Below, in pieces: positions 41,706 through 56,110 of a DNA stretch of 64,000 bases. The stretch's first letter is position 1. The number at the start of each line of letters is the position of its first letter. Under the pieces are notes generated by a model. The model was given only the letters and a program-made list of their open reading frames with translations. It was not told where the DNA came from and did no database searches. Both the position numbers and the translations under genes were made by a program. The stretch is from Eledone cirrhosa (Eukaryota): contig OZ024740.1 in the NCBI GenBank assembly GCA_964016885.1, positions 280,798,001-280,862,000 on the forward strand. Direction: 5' to 3'.

Positions 41706-42188
41706 ATGTGAATAGATAAACATGACATTTGACAAATTAATGTCAATGCTAAAGGGTTAATAATGTAGCGATTTGTTTGTGGGGGAGAATCTAAATTTTC
41801 TTCTAAGTTCGGATTTCATCATTGATTAAAATTTTGTATCTGTTTCAACATAGGCAATTTTTATATAAATACAAAACATTATTTGTGTTTTGTTGTTGTT
41901 GTAGATGGTGAGATGTAGCCATTATTTTGTGACTATTAATGTCTAGAAATTAAGTCATCGTATTGATATGAGCTGTATTTGTACTGGTCTCGATATTAAA
42001 TTTTAGTACAGGGTTTTCGTAAATTTCTCGACATCAATGGATGCAATCTTGGCTGTGTTTAAGAAGTTCATTGTTACTGGCCGGGACATTGGGCAAGTGT
42101 TTTCTAATATAAATTCAGATTGTCTAACACATTTTGAACGGAATTTGTTAAACCCTGTGGAATCCTATCCTATCTTATTATCCCCCCC

Positions 42189-42236
<48 letters not shown>

Positions 42237-42361
42237 AGGATGAATATAAAATGAAAGTGCTTTTGTTAAAAAAGGAATTTATTAGGTATTGATATATGTT
42301 TCTGTAACAGACCGAATACCTAACGTAACGATATATTATCACTACATTATTGATAACCTGA

Positions 42362-42411
<50 letters not shown>

Positions 42412-42719
42412 ACGTGTGTCAAGTTCAATAAATACAAATCGACAAAACAAAACAAATTATTTATTGAGTTAACTGTTCGATGATATAAAGGGTTGCTTCA
42501 TTATTATCCTTTTCTGTGGCTTAGTGGTTAGAGTGCTAGACACACAGACATAAGGTCATGTGTTCGAGTCATATAACTTTAGTAAAATACTTTATTTTCT
42601 CGTTGCTACCTCCGGTGTGAGCAGGAAATAGTATCAGCAAAGTGAAGACGAATGGAAACACAATTTCCTTTGTTCGATCTGATGATATTTTTTAAAATAC
42701 AGTTTTTATTATTTCTGCC

Positions 42720-42920
42720 ACTTAAGGCGGTGGATTGGCAGTATCGTTAGAGGGTCGGACGCCATGGTTTGCAGCATGGAGTTACGGGCCTTTACGATCT
42801 GAGTTCAAAACCCGCCGAGGTTAATTTTGCCTTTCATCCTTACGGGGTCGATAAAATAAAGTACCAGTAATGCACTGGGATGATTGCTGGCCTTGTGCCA
42901 AAAGTAGAAACAATTATTGT
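42720..42920 (+). mobile_element. tRNA-derived SINE, full length
   Basis: ggcggtggattggcagtatcgttag (A box) .. gagttcaaaacccg (B box) .. gcctttcatccttacggggtcgataaaataaagtacc .. gaaacaattatt. Confidence 0.88.
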
Positions 42921-43166
42921 AGAGATATATATGAAGAAAAGATGAGAAAATTATGAACGTCATAGAAAACTCGGAGATTTGAGTGTCTTCACTTAGAATG
43001 TATTGAGAGTTAATAAAAAAAATATACATACATACACACATATATTCATACGTATATAACTCACGCTTCATCCTCTAAGCGTCAAACTAATACGACTGTA
43101 TGATAATGTATCCTTTTGTGTTTTGTTTGTTTCATTTATACACACATACACACACACACACACAAT

Positions 43167-43275
<109 letters not shown>

Positions 43276-43451
43276 TACATATATATAAAATAAAATAAAT
43301 AAGTCAAATATTTAAAATTTGGCTTCGTTTATTTATTTATTTTAAATATTTATTTTATTTTACATTACTCCGGAGTAACCAAACCAACGGGCGCACTGCG
43401 TCGAGTGCTCCAATCTGTATATTAGGTGTCGGTGAGCAACCAACATATACT

Positions 43452-43499
<48 letters not shown>

Positions 43500-43599
43500 A
43501 TACTTTGGGAGGGTCATGTTGCCAATAAGAATAAAGTATCTTGCTAAACAAATTCAGAAACGAAATATATATAAAATATATATATATATATATATATGT

Positions 43600-43686
<87 letters not shown>

Positions 43687-44114
43687 AGGAGAGAAAGAGA
43701 GAGATAGATATGTATATATATATATATACAATATATATATATAGAGAGAGAGAGGGAGAGAGAGAGAGAGAGTGGGAGAGAGAGAAATATAGGTATATAT
43801 ACATACATATACATATATACACATATATATATATATAAATAAATATATATATATGTGTATGTATGTGGGCGTGTATCTGTTTCTATGTATGTATTCGTAA
43901 TTATGTGCTTGTGAAGATTAAATATATAACTGACAATGTTTTTAGATAATGAGACTACGTGTCGTAATTTATAACAAGATAATTAATTGAAAAGAGACTT
44001 TTATTTAATTTGTATAATTATTAATAATTTCGTTTGACATCTATTCAAAAATACTGGAAATCTAATACATAATGATTTACCTTTTATTATTAATGTTTGA
44101 GTGTGAGTATTTCC

Positions 44115-44191
<77 letters not shown>

Positions 44192-44196
44192 TATAC

Positions 44197-44230
<34 letters not shown>

Positions 44231-44265
44231 ACACTCTGTCTCACACACACACACATATATATATA

Positions 44266-44299
<34 letters not shown>

Positions 44300-44310
44300 A
44301 ATATATATAT

Positions 44311-44399
<89 letters not shown>

Positions 44400-45455
44400 T
44401 ATACACGTATATGCATATATATATATATATATGCATATATATATATACATATATATATATACACGTATATGCATATATATATTTTTTTTTACCTGTATAT
44501 ATATGATAATATGTTAGTATGTCTTCATTTTCATGCATTTATAAAAGAGTATAAATGGAACAATGGCCAGATATGTTGGTTTATGTATGTGTTATGTATT
44601 TTACATATCTTTGTATTTCTATTGATAATGAACAAAGAAATAAACTACAGGAAATTACATGTATAGTAAATAGTTATCCGGAAACCACTAAAGGAAGAGA
44701 ACTGATTGGAAGCTAAGCCTAAATTATATTGACATTTAGAGTAAAACACAAAGGAAGCAGACGAAAGATTCATTTAAATAATTATGGATCTAATGGATCT
44801 GCAACATTTTTTCTTTTCGTTTAACGTCAGGTTGAAAACAGAAAAGCGAATTGGCTGGAGTTGTTGATAAATACATGAATGCATAGAGAGTTATTCCATC
44901 TTGAACTTTTATCTAATTGATCAATCATTTTCCAAGAAGAGCTCGGTGAGCAGACAATGTTAAAAATACCAATCTCTTATATTCGTAATCAGTCGAATAT
45001 CAAGGAACTTTCAGTATAAGCAATCAGTTATATCGTGTGGTTTGAATTTCATTCATTCAAATTTATATAAGCACGAACTAGAAATAATCTCGTGTTTAAT
45101 CATAAGTTAATTTAATTCCAATGCTATTGTGCTTAAACAATCATAAAAAACATTCAACATTAGATATATGCTGGTGTAGACACCTTTCAAAACTAAGTAT
45201 GTAGCAGCTTCACAATCCCATAAATGTTTACATATCAAACTGAATGGATGGATGTTTATTATTTTATTAGCATAAACATAAACACATTATCTACTCAAAT
45301 GAATTTTAACTCCTTGAATTTATCCTTAATATGGCTAATCCATTAGTTGTTATAAAATATCAATTTATTTATGATAAAAACTGTATAAACATGATATTAT
45401 TTACAATAACAACAATGGTTTCTACTATAGGCATAAGGCCAGCAATTTTGGGGCA

Positions 45456-45900
45456 GAGATCCCTTCTCAGACGGGTCACCGATGCTCCGATCTTGCGGAG
45501 AAGCTCGGCAGTATGAAGTCCAAGTACGCCTGAGGTCTCGATGGCAACCGGTGCGAAGAGGAAGTGGTCGGACAAACCCCGGTATTTGTTTATTTTACGT
45601 TCTCCTGTGAGGCGGGCTGCGATGCCGGGGTTTGTGGCCGAAGTTGGAGGTGGAGGACGTGTCACAGCAGGTGGAATCCCAGATGAAGGATCTACTTCCT
45701 TCGAATGGGAAGAGGATGATACCGCTGGGCGCTTGCCATTTCCGCGGTCTAGGTCTGCGGGCTCCAGTTGAGATGGAAAGCCAGCTGTGTCCAAGCTTCT
45801 TCTTAGTATGTTGTTGAGAGCGGCGTGTCGGGAAACCGACCTGCGCTCTGACGGCAAGACAGAGTGCATGCCGAACTTGTCAACAACTGCTTCGCAATTC
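45456..45900 (-). mobile_element. CRE-like non-LTR element, restriction-like endonuclease fragment
   Basis: SRHAALNNIL..EP..GKRP..KINKY..FAPVAIETSGVLG matches the RH..PD..K..KY..E RLE pattern. Confidence 0.8.
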
Positions 45901-46689
45901 TACAATTATCCAATACTAATTAGTTCATATTGTTAGCAAGTTTTGGCAATGCTGCGCCAGGGAGATTGATACAAATATCATTCAATTTGAACTGTTAGTA
46001 ATCTGTAGTTTAAGGCGACAGAAAAAAACATTCCAGGGAGGAATATTTTGGAAAGAAACACTGGTCATAGCAAATTTATAGTAAGAAGTGATACAATTAA
46101 AATAACTGTTTCTACACAAGGCCAGTAATTATCGCAGTGCATTACTGGTGCTTTATGTTATTGGCCCTGTAGTTAACTTTGCCCTTCAGGGCAAATTTAA
46201 CTTCAGCAAGATTTGAATTCAGACTGTAAGGGGCCGTAACTGTATGCTGTAAATCATGGCGTCAGAGCCTTTATCGATATTGCCAAGCAAACGCCTGAAA
46301 CAATTAAAATCATGACGGAAAGGTAGATAAGGGGAATATGTTTATATCGGTGTAATATACTGTAAATGATTGTACAAGAGCCGAGGATATTGTAGAAGAG
46401 ACGGAAAGAATAACACAATAGTTGGTGAATTAACATTTATTCATGAGTTGGCTGGGCATATATACTGTTGAGAAAATGTGAGTGTATGTTAGACGGAAAT
46501 ACTCTTTTACATATGTTGAGTCAATGATTTGAATTCTCCAAGGCTGGAGAATATTCTTGATCTGATTAAGAAAGCCAAATATAGTGTTACAACTATGGTT
46601 TTATCATAAATATATTGTCACCCTGAAAAATAACAAACACCGAAGAGTATGATCGGATTAAAGTATATAGGGTCCTTCTTCTTCTTCGG

Positions 46690-47365
46690 CCGAGTTTACA
46701 CTCGTAAAGATTCGGCACGCTTTCTCCAATCGTCCCGGTTGAGCGTAACATTTCTCAGTTCATCGATATTATCAATGATGGCATCTCTCAGCAGGGTATC
46801 AATAATGAGTCGGCCACGCTTCTTCGTCCGACCGACGGTTTCCAGAGCACAAATTGAGATGCTATCTCTTCTGGACGACAGATGCAGTGCCCAGACAATT
46901 TCATTCGTCTGCAGGCAACTTTTTTTGAGACTGGTGGTAGTGATCTGTATAGTTCCTTATTTGTCAGCTTCTGTTTCCAAGAAATGTTGAGAGCCATTCT
47001 TATCATCCTCGTGTTACATCCGTCAAGTCTCTTGCATAACACTTTGTCAATAGTCCACGTTTCATTTCCATAAAACAGGACGGACTCAACAGTTGCTAGG
47101 AAGAGGCGCTCCTTGATTTTGCGGTTTAGGTCTGACTTCCAAACCTTCAGTAACTTGTGGCATGCCGACCATGCTAATGCTTTCCTAACTTCAAAGTCCT
47201 TGTGTTGGCTGTGCATCCATGCACCAAGATACTTAAAGTTCTCAACTGTTTTGATTGTTGTACCATCCTTAGCAAGAACTGGAGCTGGATCAACCTGATT
47301 GTAGGACATGATTTCGGGCTTCTTTGCATTGAGATGCAGTCCTATTTTGTCTATTTTGCTTGGGT
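46690..47365 (-). mobile_element. RTE-like LINE 3' fragment
   Basis: VENFKYLGAW..VESVLFYGNETWT..RRMKLSGHC. Confidence 0.85.
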
Positions 47366-48108
47366 CCTTGGAGCAGAGAATATTTATGACCCCGGCACCT
47401 GCTCACAAGAAACGTAATGAAAATTAAAAGCACATGAATGTAGGCCTACACATAGAATGAAGATGTGATTCCATCATCAATCCATAGCAACTTTAAAACA
47501 CTGAAAGAAAAATAAATTTATTTAATAAAAATATAACTATTCTAAATTTTGAAAAACGTACCATGTTTCATAGCTTTATTTAATATATATATACTAATAT
47601 ATCTAAAAAATGACGGAGACTGCATTATGAGGCTCTAGACTGCAACCTATTAGGCTAATATGTAAATCCAGTACTGCTGGTGTGCAACGAAATTAATTGC
47701 TTCATTCTACTCAATCTGAGGTTTAACTTTTGCTCAATTTAATCGTAATTGTGTTGTGTATACATTAAACTCTAATTTTGTTATATATGAATGAAAATGA
47801 AGGCACATGCATATTGAGATGTACATATTAACTTAATGTATAAGTAAATTTATATGCTCACATTACATATGTATCTCTTTCCTCTCTCTCTATGAATTTT
47901 GAAATATGCAAATTTGCCAAAAATATACAAAAATAATAAGAAGCAGAGTGTTGTGTATTAGATTTCCAATATATTTGGATTGATGTCAAATGAAGCAATA
48001 TTACAATAAATTTATATAAAATTTTCTTTTGAATTAGCCATTTACATGTTATAAATTGCATCATGTTATTTTATTATCGCAAAGATTTTTCAGTCACATG
48101 TTCTATTT

Positions 48109-48637
<529 letters not shown>

Positions 48638-49126
48638 TGCGTGTGTGTGTTTGTTCATTAAAACGGTGCAATAATATGCTCCTGGACGACGAGTGTTCAA
48701 GTTATTTCTTGAATGGAACAGTCGGCTTACGAAATTAACGCAAAATGAATATACATTCCACAAATCTCTGTACTCTCAAAGTAACTCTCAGGGAGATTCA
48801 GCATAGCCCTTTGAATTAAGGATATAACTCATATTTCCCACTGAGTGGACTGACGTTGCCTGAAATAAAATACCGGGAATCAAACACGACCTTACGATCA
48901 TGAGCCTAACCCTAAGCTACGTATCTATACTATACACACGAATGATATACTTAACTTGACATAGCAACTTACCAATCCATTCACAAAAGATGGCTTCTAA
49001 TAGAGGCACGATGCAGAAGAGCTCTTTTTTGCAATAGAATTTCTGCATAGATGTTTCGCTACTATTACATTTCTAATGCTTTTCAGAAATGCACGAAAGT
49101 CATTCAACGTTAATTACATTCCATTC

Positions 49127-49307
49127 GTGGATTGGCAGTATCGGTAGAGTGTCAGACGCCATGCTTTGCAGCAAAGAGTTACGGCCCTTTATGGTCTGAG
49201 TTCAAATTCCGCCGAGGTTAACTTTGCCTTTCATCCTTACGGGGTCGATAAAATAAAGTCCCAGTAATGCACTGGTTAATTGCTGGCTTTGTGCCAAAAG
49301 TAGAAAC

Positions 49308-49361
<54 letters not shown>

Positions 49362-49555
49362 CAATAATTGTTTCTACATTTGGCACAAGACCAGTACATC
49401 CCCAGTACATTACTGGTACTTTATTTTATCGACCTCGTAAGGATGAAAGGCAAAGTTAACCTCGGCGGAATTTGAACTCAGACCATAAAGAGCCGTAACT
49501 CTTTGCTGCAAAGCATGGCGTCAGACCCTCTACCGATACTGCCGATCCACCACCG
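49127..49555. mobile_element. Tail-to-tail inverted SINE pair
   Basis: A + copy at 49127-49312 and a - copy at 49365-49555 are separated only by (TA)n(TAA)n. Confidence 0.88.
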
Positions 49556-49579
49556 TTATATATATATCCACCACCGTTA

Positions 49580-49622
<43 letters not shown>

Positions 49623-50114
49623 GGTTACAGTATCGTAAAAGAGGGTAGAAAGAAGAGATATAAAGAGGTGCGATACAGAATATTACATGCCAAAAGCAGA
49701 TGCGTAATGTGCTCAATGCATGGGTTATCAGGGTTAAATATCAGAGAGAAAGAAAGAAAGAAAGAGAGAGAGAGGGAGAGAGAGAGAGCATGACGTTTGT
49801 GCTATTGTATTATCCGGCTGACTAAACTGTCTATGGGGTGTTGTAGTTGCTGTTATTGTTGCTATTGTTTTAAAGAAAGTCATAGGAAATTATAACGAGA
49901 TGAAAAATATAATCTAGTTCCAAGTGATTTTATATTAATATATAATCAGCTCTTGCTAATTCCTCTTTCGCGACGAATTACACGCAAGAGTATAAATATA
50001 CAAGACTACATGATCGAAGACGTTGCTTTACCCGCACAGGCACCTTTCAACTCATACTCAGTAAAACACTGGGATCGATTTACGACTTTCCCCTCCCCCT
50101 AAATTACTGGACTT

Positions 50115-50282
50115 AGGGTTGAACGCCATGCTTTGATGTATAGAGTTACACCTCTTGCCATTCTGAGTTCAAATCTCGCCGAGGTTAACTTTGCCTTTCA
50201 TCCTTACGGGGTCGATAAAATAAAGTACCAGTAATGCACTGAGGTAATTGCTGGCCTTGTGCCAAAAGTAGAAACAATTATT
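50115..50282 (+). mobile_element. tRNA-derived SINE, 5'-truncated
   Basis: The family body and the gaaacaattatt tail are present. Confidence 0.8.
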
Positions 50283-50429
50283 TACTCGAAAGAGATCAAT
50301 ACTTTTCATACACATCAGAGACCCCAAAATTATACATTTCTGTAACTAATTTAGAATATAATAATGACAAAAAGTAAAAAAAAAAGAAAAAGGAAAGTAA
50401 ACGAAAAAGGGAGATAATGCAGGAAAGGG

Positions 50430-51690
50430 CAAACTCTATATCTTCCACAGAGAAAATGGCGAAAGATTTGCCAAGGAGAACAGCCAACGATACATCAGCA
50501 TTCCATCTCTGGGGCTCCTTCCTCAAGTGTGACGCCCTCATGACACCAAAGTTCTGAATGGCAACCAGCACAGAAAGAAGACGCATAGTCGATGCCTGGT
50601 AATTTGTCACCTTCCGCTCTTTTAATCGTGAGTGGTTACACTCAGGTTTATGGACGAAACAATAAGATTGGCACAGGAGAAACTGTCGTAACATGTGTAT
50701 TCGAAGTTCAATGGCCCGCACCACTCAAATGAGGAAGGGAATATACACTCTGATCGCTTACTATCCCTGTGACTGAAGCCCACGGGCTCCATCTGTGACG
50801 GGTGAGGAGCCACATCGAAGCTCCTATTATCGATGACATTCAAAGTGGCCTGGTGACAATAGATTGGTTATAGCACAAACAATGCTCGACAGTGTTTGCA
50901 CTGCAGTATTTGTGTGGCTCACAGACGTGGGGACTAAAGTATATGGCGAATACAATGCGGACGCTCTCATCATCAAGAAAGAAGTACCGAATTGAACTAA
51001 GCACCGCTGTTTTGTTGCGAAGGTAGGCTTAATCATGTTCTAGAGAAGATCTAATACTCGTGCAGGTTGAGCTGCATTTGATGTTGTCACAGTCACCTAA
51101 ATAATCAGAGTATAGAGCTTACTCGAGTTTCCGGTCCATATTGATTTTGGTTGTATTAAGGAAAACAATGGATTCAACAAAGTGGTCCATATTGATTTTG
51201 GTTGTATTAAGGAAAACAATGGATTCAACAAAGTCACTCAGTGTTACAGCATCAAGTTATCAGATTTTGAACATTGGACAGATTGAATTGGCAATGTTGT
51301 CAATAAGTTGAGTTTTTGCAGCCAAGGAGGCGTTGGGTGGCGGGTGGTGGTGCAGCTGGACAGTTCGGGAGATCGGTGAAATGAAGAAATGAAGAAAGAA
51401 GCGATGTTATTTCTGAACCTCGAAGAAAGAAATGAGACTGGGTTCTTCACAACAGGGATACAGAACAGATGGTTCCAGTCTAGTGTTTGGTCAATTGTCG
51501 CTAATGCGCCAGCCTCAGAGCTTCGGACAGCTTGCAGAATCTTGATGCTGACACTCCCTTACAGTTCGAGACGGTTAAAATTTCACATGGGCTATGTGAG
51601 GCTAAATCACTGTTGTACCGTAGGTTCAGATATTTGACCTGCACCCCGTACGTTTGAGGCAAGAAAGTTTCCTCTTTTCCCCCCGCCTGT
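50430..51690 (-). mobile_element. Decayed CRE-like non-LTR fragment with internal 51-bp tandem duplication (51133-51234)
   Basis: PSQMEPVGFSHRDSKR parallels PSQLEPADLDRGNGKR at 45.7 kb. Confidence 0.55.
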
Positions 51691-52305
51691 TGCGTATAGC
51701 ACACAAATGGCAAAGATGTGTAACCTGTGATACAAAGGACTAAGGAATTGTAGAGAATGATGCAACACCAGACATTGTTATAAATCGGCTTGGTGATTTA
51801 AGAGAGTGAAAACTGTTTAGCAGGTTGTGTATTTCATTGAAAATTCTTAGCTTCTGTTCTCAAAAGTTGACTCACCTTATCTTTAGATCAAAATAAAGGA
51901 ACGGAGGAAAAGAGGAGCGGGGAGCAATTATGTATCAGAAAAATGACGTGATGATTGTATGCAACAGAATTTAATAACTAAAAATGGAAACATTTTTCAA
52001 AAGCCATCCACCTTAGAAATAATATTCAAGTTGGTGAGAATTCAGATTTAAAAAATCTTCAACATAAAAGTAAACAGACCACATAGTTTCGAAGTATGTA
52101 TATACATATATTACTTGTGTAGATTACATCACGTATACAATGATGAAGAAATATTCGTTTAGTTGTTATTGGACTGCTCACGTGCTGTTCAAAGGTTTAT
52201 TAGGTAAATATCAGTTTGAACTTTTTTCTTGTTTTCACTTTCTCCATTTCCCAGGCATTGCATATTGTTGGATTAGTAGTGGTCGTAGTAGTAGCAGCAG
52301 CAGTG

Positions 52306-52392
<87 letters not shown>

Positions 52393-52393
52393 A

Positions 52394-52425
<32 letters not shown>

Positions 52426-52499
52426 ACAGCAGCAGTGACGGCAGTAGTAGGGGGTTGGCAAAAGCAGCAGCAACTGTAATAGAAGTAATATATATATTT

Positions 52500-53793
52500 T
52501 TGTTTCGTGTTTCGACACAACTCGTTAAGTCGCACAGTAATTTTCTTCCTTTTTTAGATTGTTATAAAATGTTTTATATTAGTGATTTGTGACTGTTTTA
52601 TAGTTAAACTAACCAGGTTCTTTGCGAGTGGGTTAGTTTTTCTCTTTCTGTAACAACAACAACAACAACAACAACAATAAAACAGCACGTGAAATGCATG
52701 GAAATTATGAAATCAATTTTGCGTAATTGAAAATATTAACACCAACAGCATCATTATCCGAGCAAAAAAAGACAAAAAAACAAAAACAACAACACTTGCT
52801 CCAACACTGCTAGCGTCATTACCATCGCCAATATAATAACCAAAACTATAGCAGAAACAAATAAAAAAACAAATAACTGCAAATCGGACAACAACAACAC
52901 AAATGTCAATAGCAAAAACAATAAAAAAACATCATAAGAATATGTCAGAAAAGGACACATGGTTGGCCCATGAAACCTGACTGATCACACAAGAAGCAAT
53001 AGGGTCCGAATTAGCCATCCCTATTGAGGTGTTGGAAGTAACAGAAGAACGACAATTTACAAATGCTTGTGAATGAACCTGAGGCGACAAAAAAGAGCGA
53101 TTTTAACCAAAGTAGAAAGAGCACTGAATGGCATTATGGCTGATCCATAGCACATCGCAAGGGCCAGGCAGTGTCAGTGCTCTTTAAAAGTGAAGCTCTG
53201 GTCATGAAACTATCTGTGGTAAACTGTTGAAGTGACAAATATGGGTTTTACGTATCATACTAAGGGGGAAGAACGGTAAAAATCAAAGTTTTCGGGATCC
53301 CACTAGAGGTGAATATCTGGTGGATCCAGGTATGCGTGATCCTAGAAGGTAGTGAAACTCTCCTGGATATAAAAATAACCCAGAGGGATACTTCTCCGCA
53401 TAAAACCGGTGAAACGGTCAAAATCACGGATGTGGTGTAGACCTACATGACTTCATTGGGGACAAAAAGTATCGACGTCATCATTGTGGTGAAATCAAGC
53501 AGCCAACTAAGAGCTTTCTGCCGAAGAAAGTAGGGAACCTCAAAGCCTCATTGCTGCACACCCGGATCCGAGTAACAACAACAACAACAGCAACAGAAGC
53601 AGCAGCAGTGGAGGTAACGCTATCATTTGAAGAAGCGCTGGTGCCAATACCAGCAGCGGCAGTTCCACAAGCACCACCGGCTTCACTGAAAAGAATACCA
53701 GCGGCATGCAATATCACCGAGCTCACTCAGGTGGTCTGCTAACCCATTTTTCCTTCTCTTTGTCCTTCAAACACCCACACCAACACCCACACG

Positions 53794-53887
<94 letters not shown>

Positions 53888-54340
53888 AACAGAATCTTAC
53901 CTATACCCGAGACTGATTCCGCAGATACCTCCTCATCTCGAAGGGAAGACGAGGGAGAACACTAATATTCAACACTCACACATACACACATACAAAATAA
54001 CATTTGGCTTCACACCAACATTCACGCCTGAAAACAGACAGAACACACTTACAACAACACCAGCCTAATTGGTACCACACATTCAACACAACAACCACTA
54101 CAAACGCTACCATCACTACCAACACTACCACAGCTACCCACAAAAAGAAAACATATACACAACAACCAACCACACAGGAACCGAACTCTATACCGGAGAG
54201 AAAAGTAGACAACTAATATCACTCATAGCACAAAGCGACAAAATAGAAACAAAGAGATGTTTAGCACCAGCAGTTCTAAGGTGCCACAAACGCTTCTAAT
54301 GGTGCACATGTCTCTAGAGACATAAAAACACATTAGGGAG
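52500..54340 (+). mobile_element. Decayed ORF1 region of a Tx1-like LINE related to 29098-34009
   Basis: It has the same (AAC)-rich start, and cacatcgcaagggccaggcag resembles tacatagcgaggggcagacag. It follows a (TAG)n tract. Confidence 0.55.
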
Positions 54341-55579
54341 CTGCATGAAGGCTTAGTGAAGATAGTTGCATCAGGTTCGTTTACAATAAAAATATAAACA
54401 TATATATGTGAAGACCCGTCTCGAACTCTGTGATAAAACAGGTGAAATTTGAATAGTGGCATAATTCAGGGTAAATTTACATGCTTTTGGATTCACGTGT
54501 TAGATTTCTATTAATTCAAGATAAATGTATATGGTGGAATCGATAAAAGTTTCATACTTTTCTTATTTTTCTGGTTTTGAAGTAAGCGTATATATTGGAG
54601 ACGCCGCAAACTTTCCTTTTGAAAATGAATAAGCGTGCGATAGCAGTTATATACGCGTTTAGTATCGATAAGTGAAAAGAAATTAGGATATTTCGTGCTT
54701 GTAGAGACTTGTAGATCATCAAAGTCTCGAATGGTTACATAAAAATGTTTATAATCCGGATTATATTTACGTTCCTTGGATATAAACTTTTGAGTCTATG
54801 TTCTTTCTACTGATCTAGAGAGTAAGAGAAACAATGCATCACGTTAACGTGATTTTTGTAGAAGTTCTATTTGATATGGACATATCGATTTCCGATTCAA
54901 TATTGCATTATTCATAACTCATTACCGATAGACTATAGGTATTTACTTCACAATGACTGCATTCGCTTAGCTATATAGAGATGTGTGGCACAGTTAGGCT
55001 TATGTAACCGAGGTATTATATCACTCGCAAGATTTCGTCAACGTACAGTGATAATGTGATATTTATGGAATATGTATTTTCAAGGATGTGATAGCCTCAA
55101 GGATATCTCACCATAAGTAAATATGTACTATGAGGGATACAATTGATATTAGATTCTGTCAATACTTTTCCAATACCCCTTACCTATCTTTACAACATCA
55201 ATCCAATTTTGCCATTCTAGCTATATAGGAAAGAAAAGAGGCTTGATGAACGATTATATAATTCATGTTATTCATTGATATAGAAATAATGCATAAAATT
55301 TTATGCATTCTCATAAATGTATTCCCCATTTATCACAACAGCAGTCATTCGAAAATAATATTTAGGTTTCTGTAACACAAACGATAATTTGTCATAATTT
55401 TTTTTTGGATTTTAATCTGTCAACGTTAATGATACGTAAATGTTTAAAACAAACAAATTAAATAGATTTCTATTTTATTACTGAAATTCCAGAGAAAACC
55501 ATTGTATGCAATTAGTGTGAATAGTTAATGTTATCGATTAATTCTCGATAATTGTTTCACTAGTTTTATCACTTCCATC

Positions 55580-56110
55580 AACCATTCAAGACCTTGGAAA
55601 AATTCTGTTTTCCCTGTGATGCAATCTTGCAGAATGTTAAAACTGACGAAGATGTGAAGAGATACATCAGAATGTCCCGTAGATCATCGGCAGTATGTAA
55701 CATCGCTGATGATGAAAACCTGATTTTCCATTGAGTACCAAGATTCAAGTGTACCATATTATGGTTGTGAGATCTAGAACACATACTGCCCTCACCTGGG
55801 GAAGCAGGAATAATTCTACGTGCTGCCTAAGGAAGATCTGCGGTGACTCCTGGAATGATAAGATTATTAACGTTGAGATCCAGCGACGATGCAATACAAG
55901 CTGTACCGAGTCCATCCTCATGCGGAACTGTTACACTAGACTGAGCGTATGAACGACCAACTGCCAAAGCAGCCAACTGGACAAGGCACACATATAAAGG
56001 GGTAGGCAGTGTAAGCGGCACGAAGATGTCCCCGAAGCTACCCTGAATTCATGTCGCATCGATGTAAGAACATGCGCGAGCAACTAAGCACAATGCTGGA
56101 AGATCTGCAA
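55580..56110 (+). mobile_element. Decayed RTE(BovB)-like fragment
   Basis: Remnants are STKIQVY and CLRKICGDSWNDKIINVEI. Confidence 0.6.

Noticed and set aside
41760-42170. Possible further PLE endonuclease remnant on the minus strand
   Set aside because: There is only a vague NVLYL..C..C resemblance, too decayed to support.
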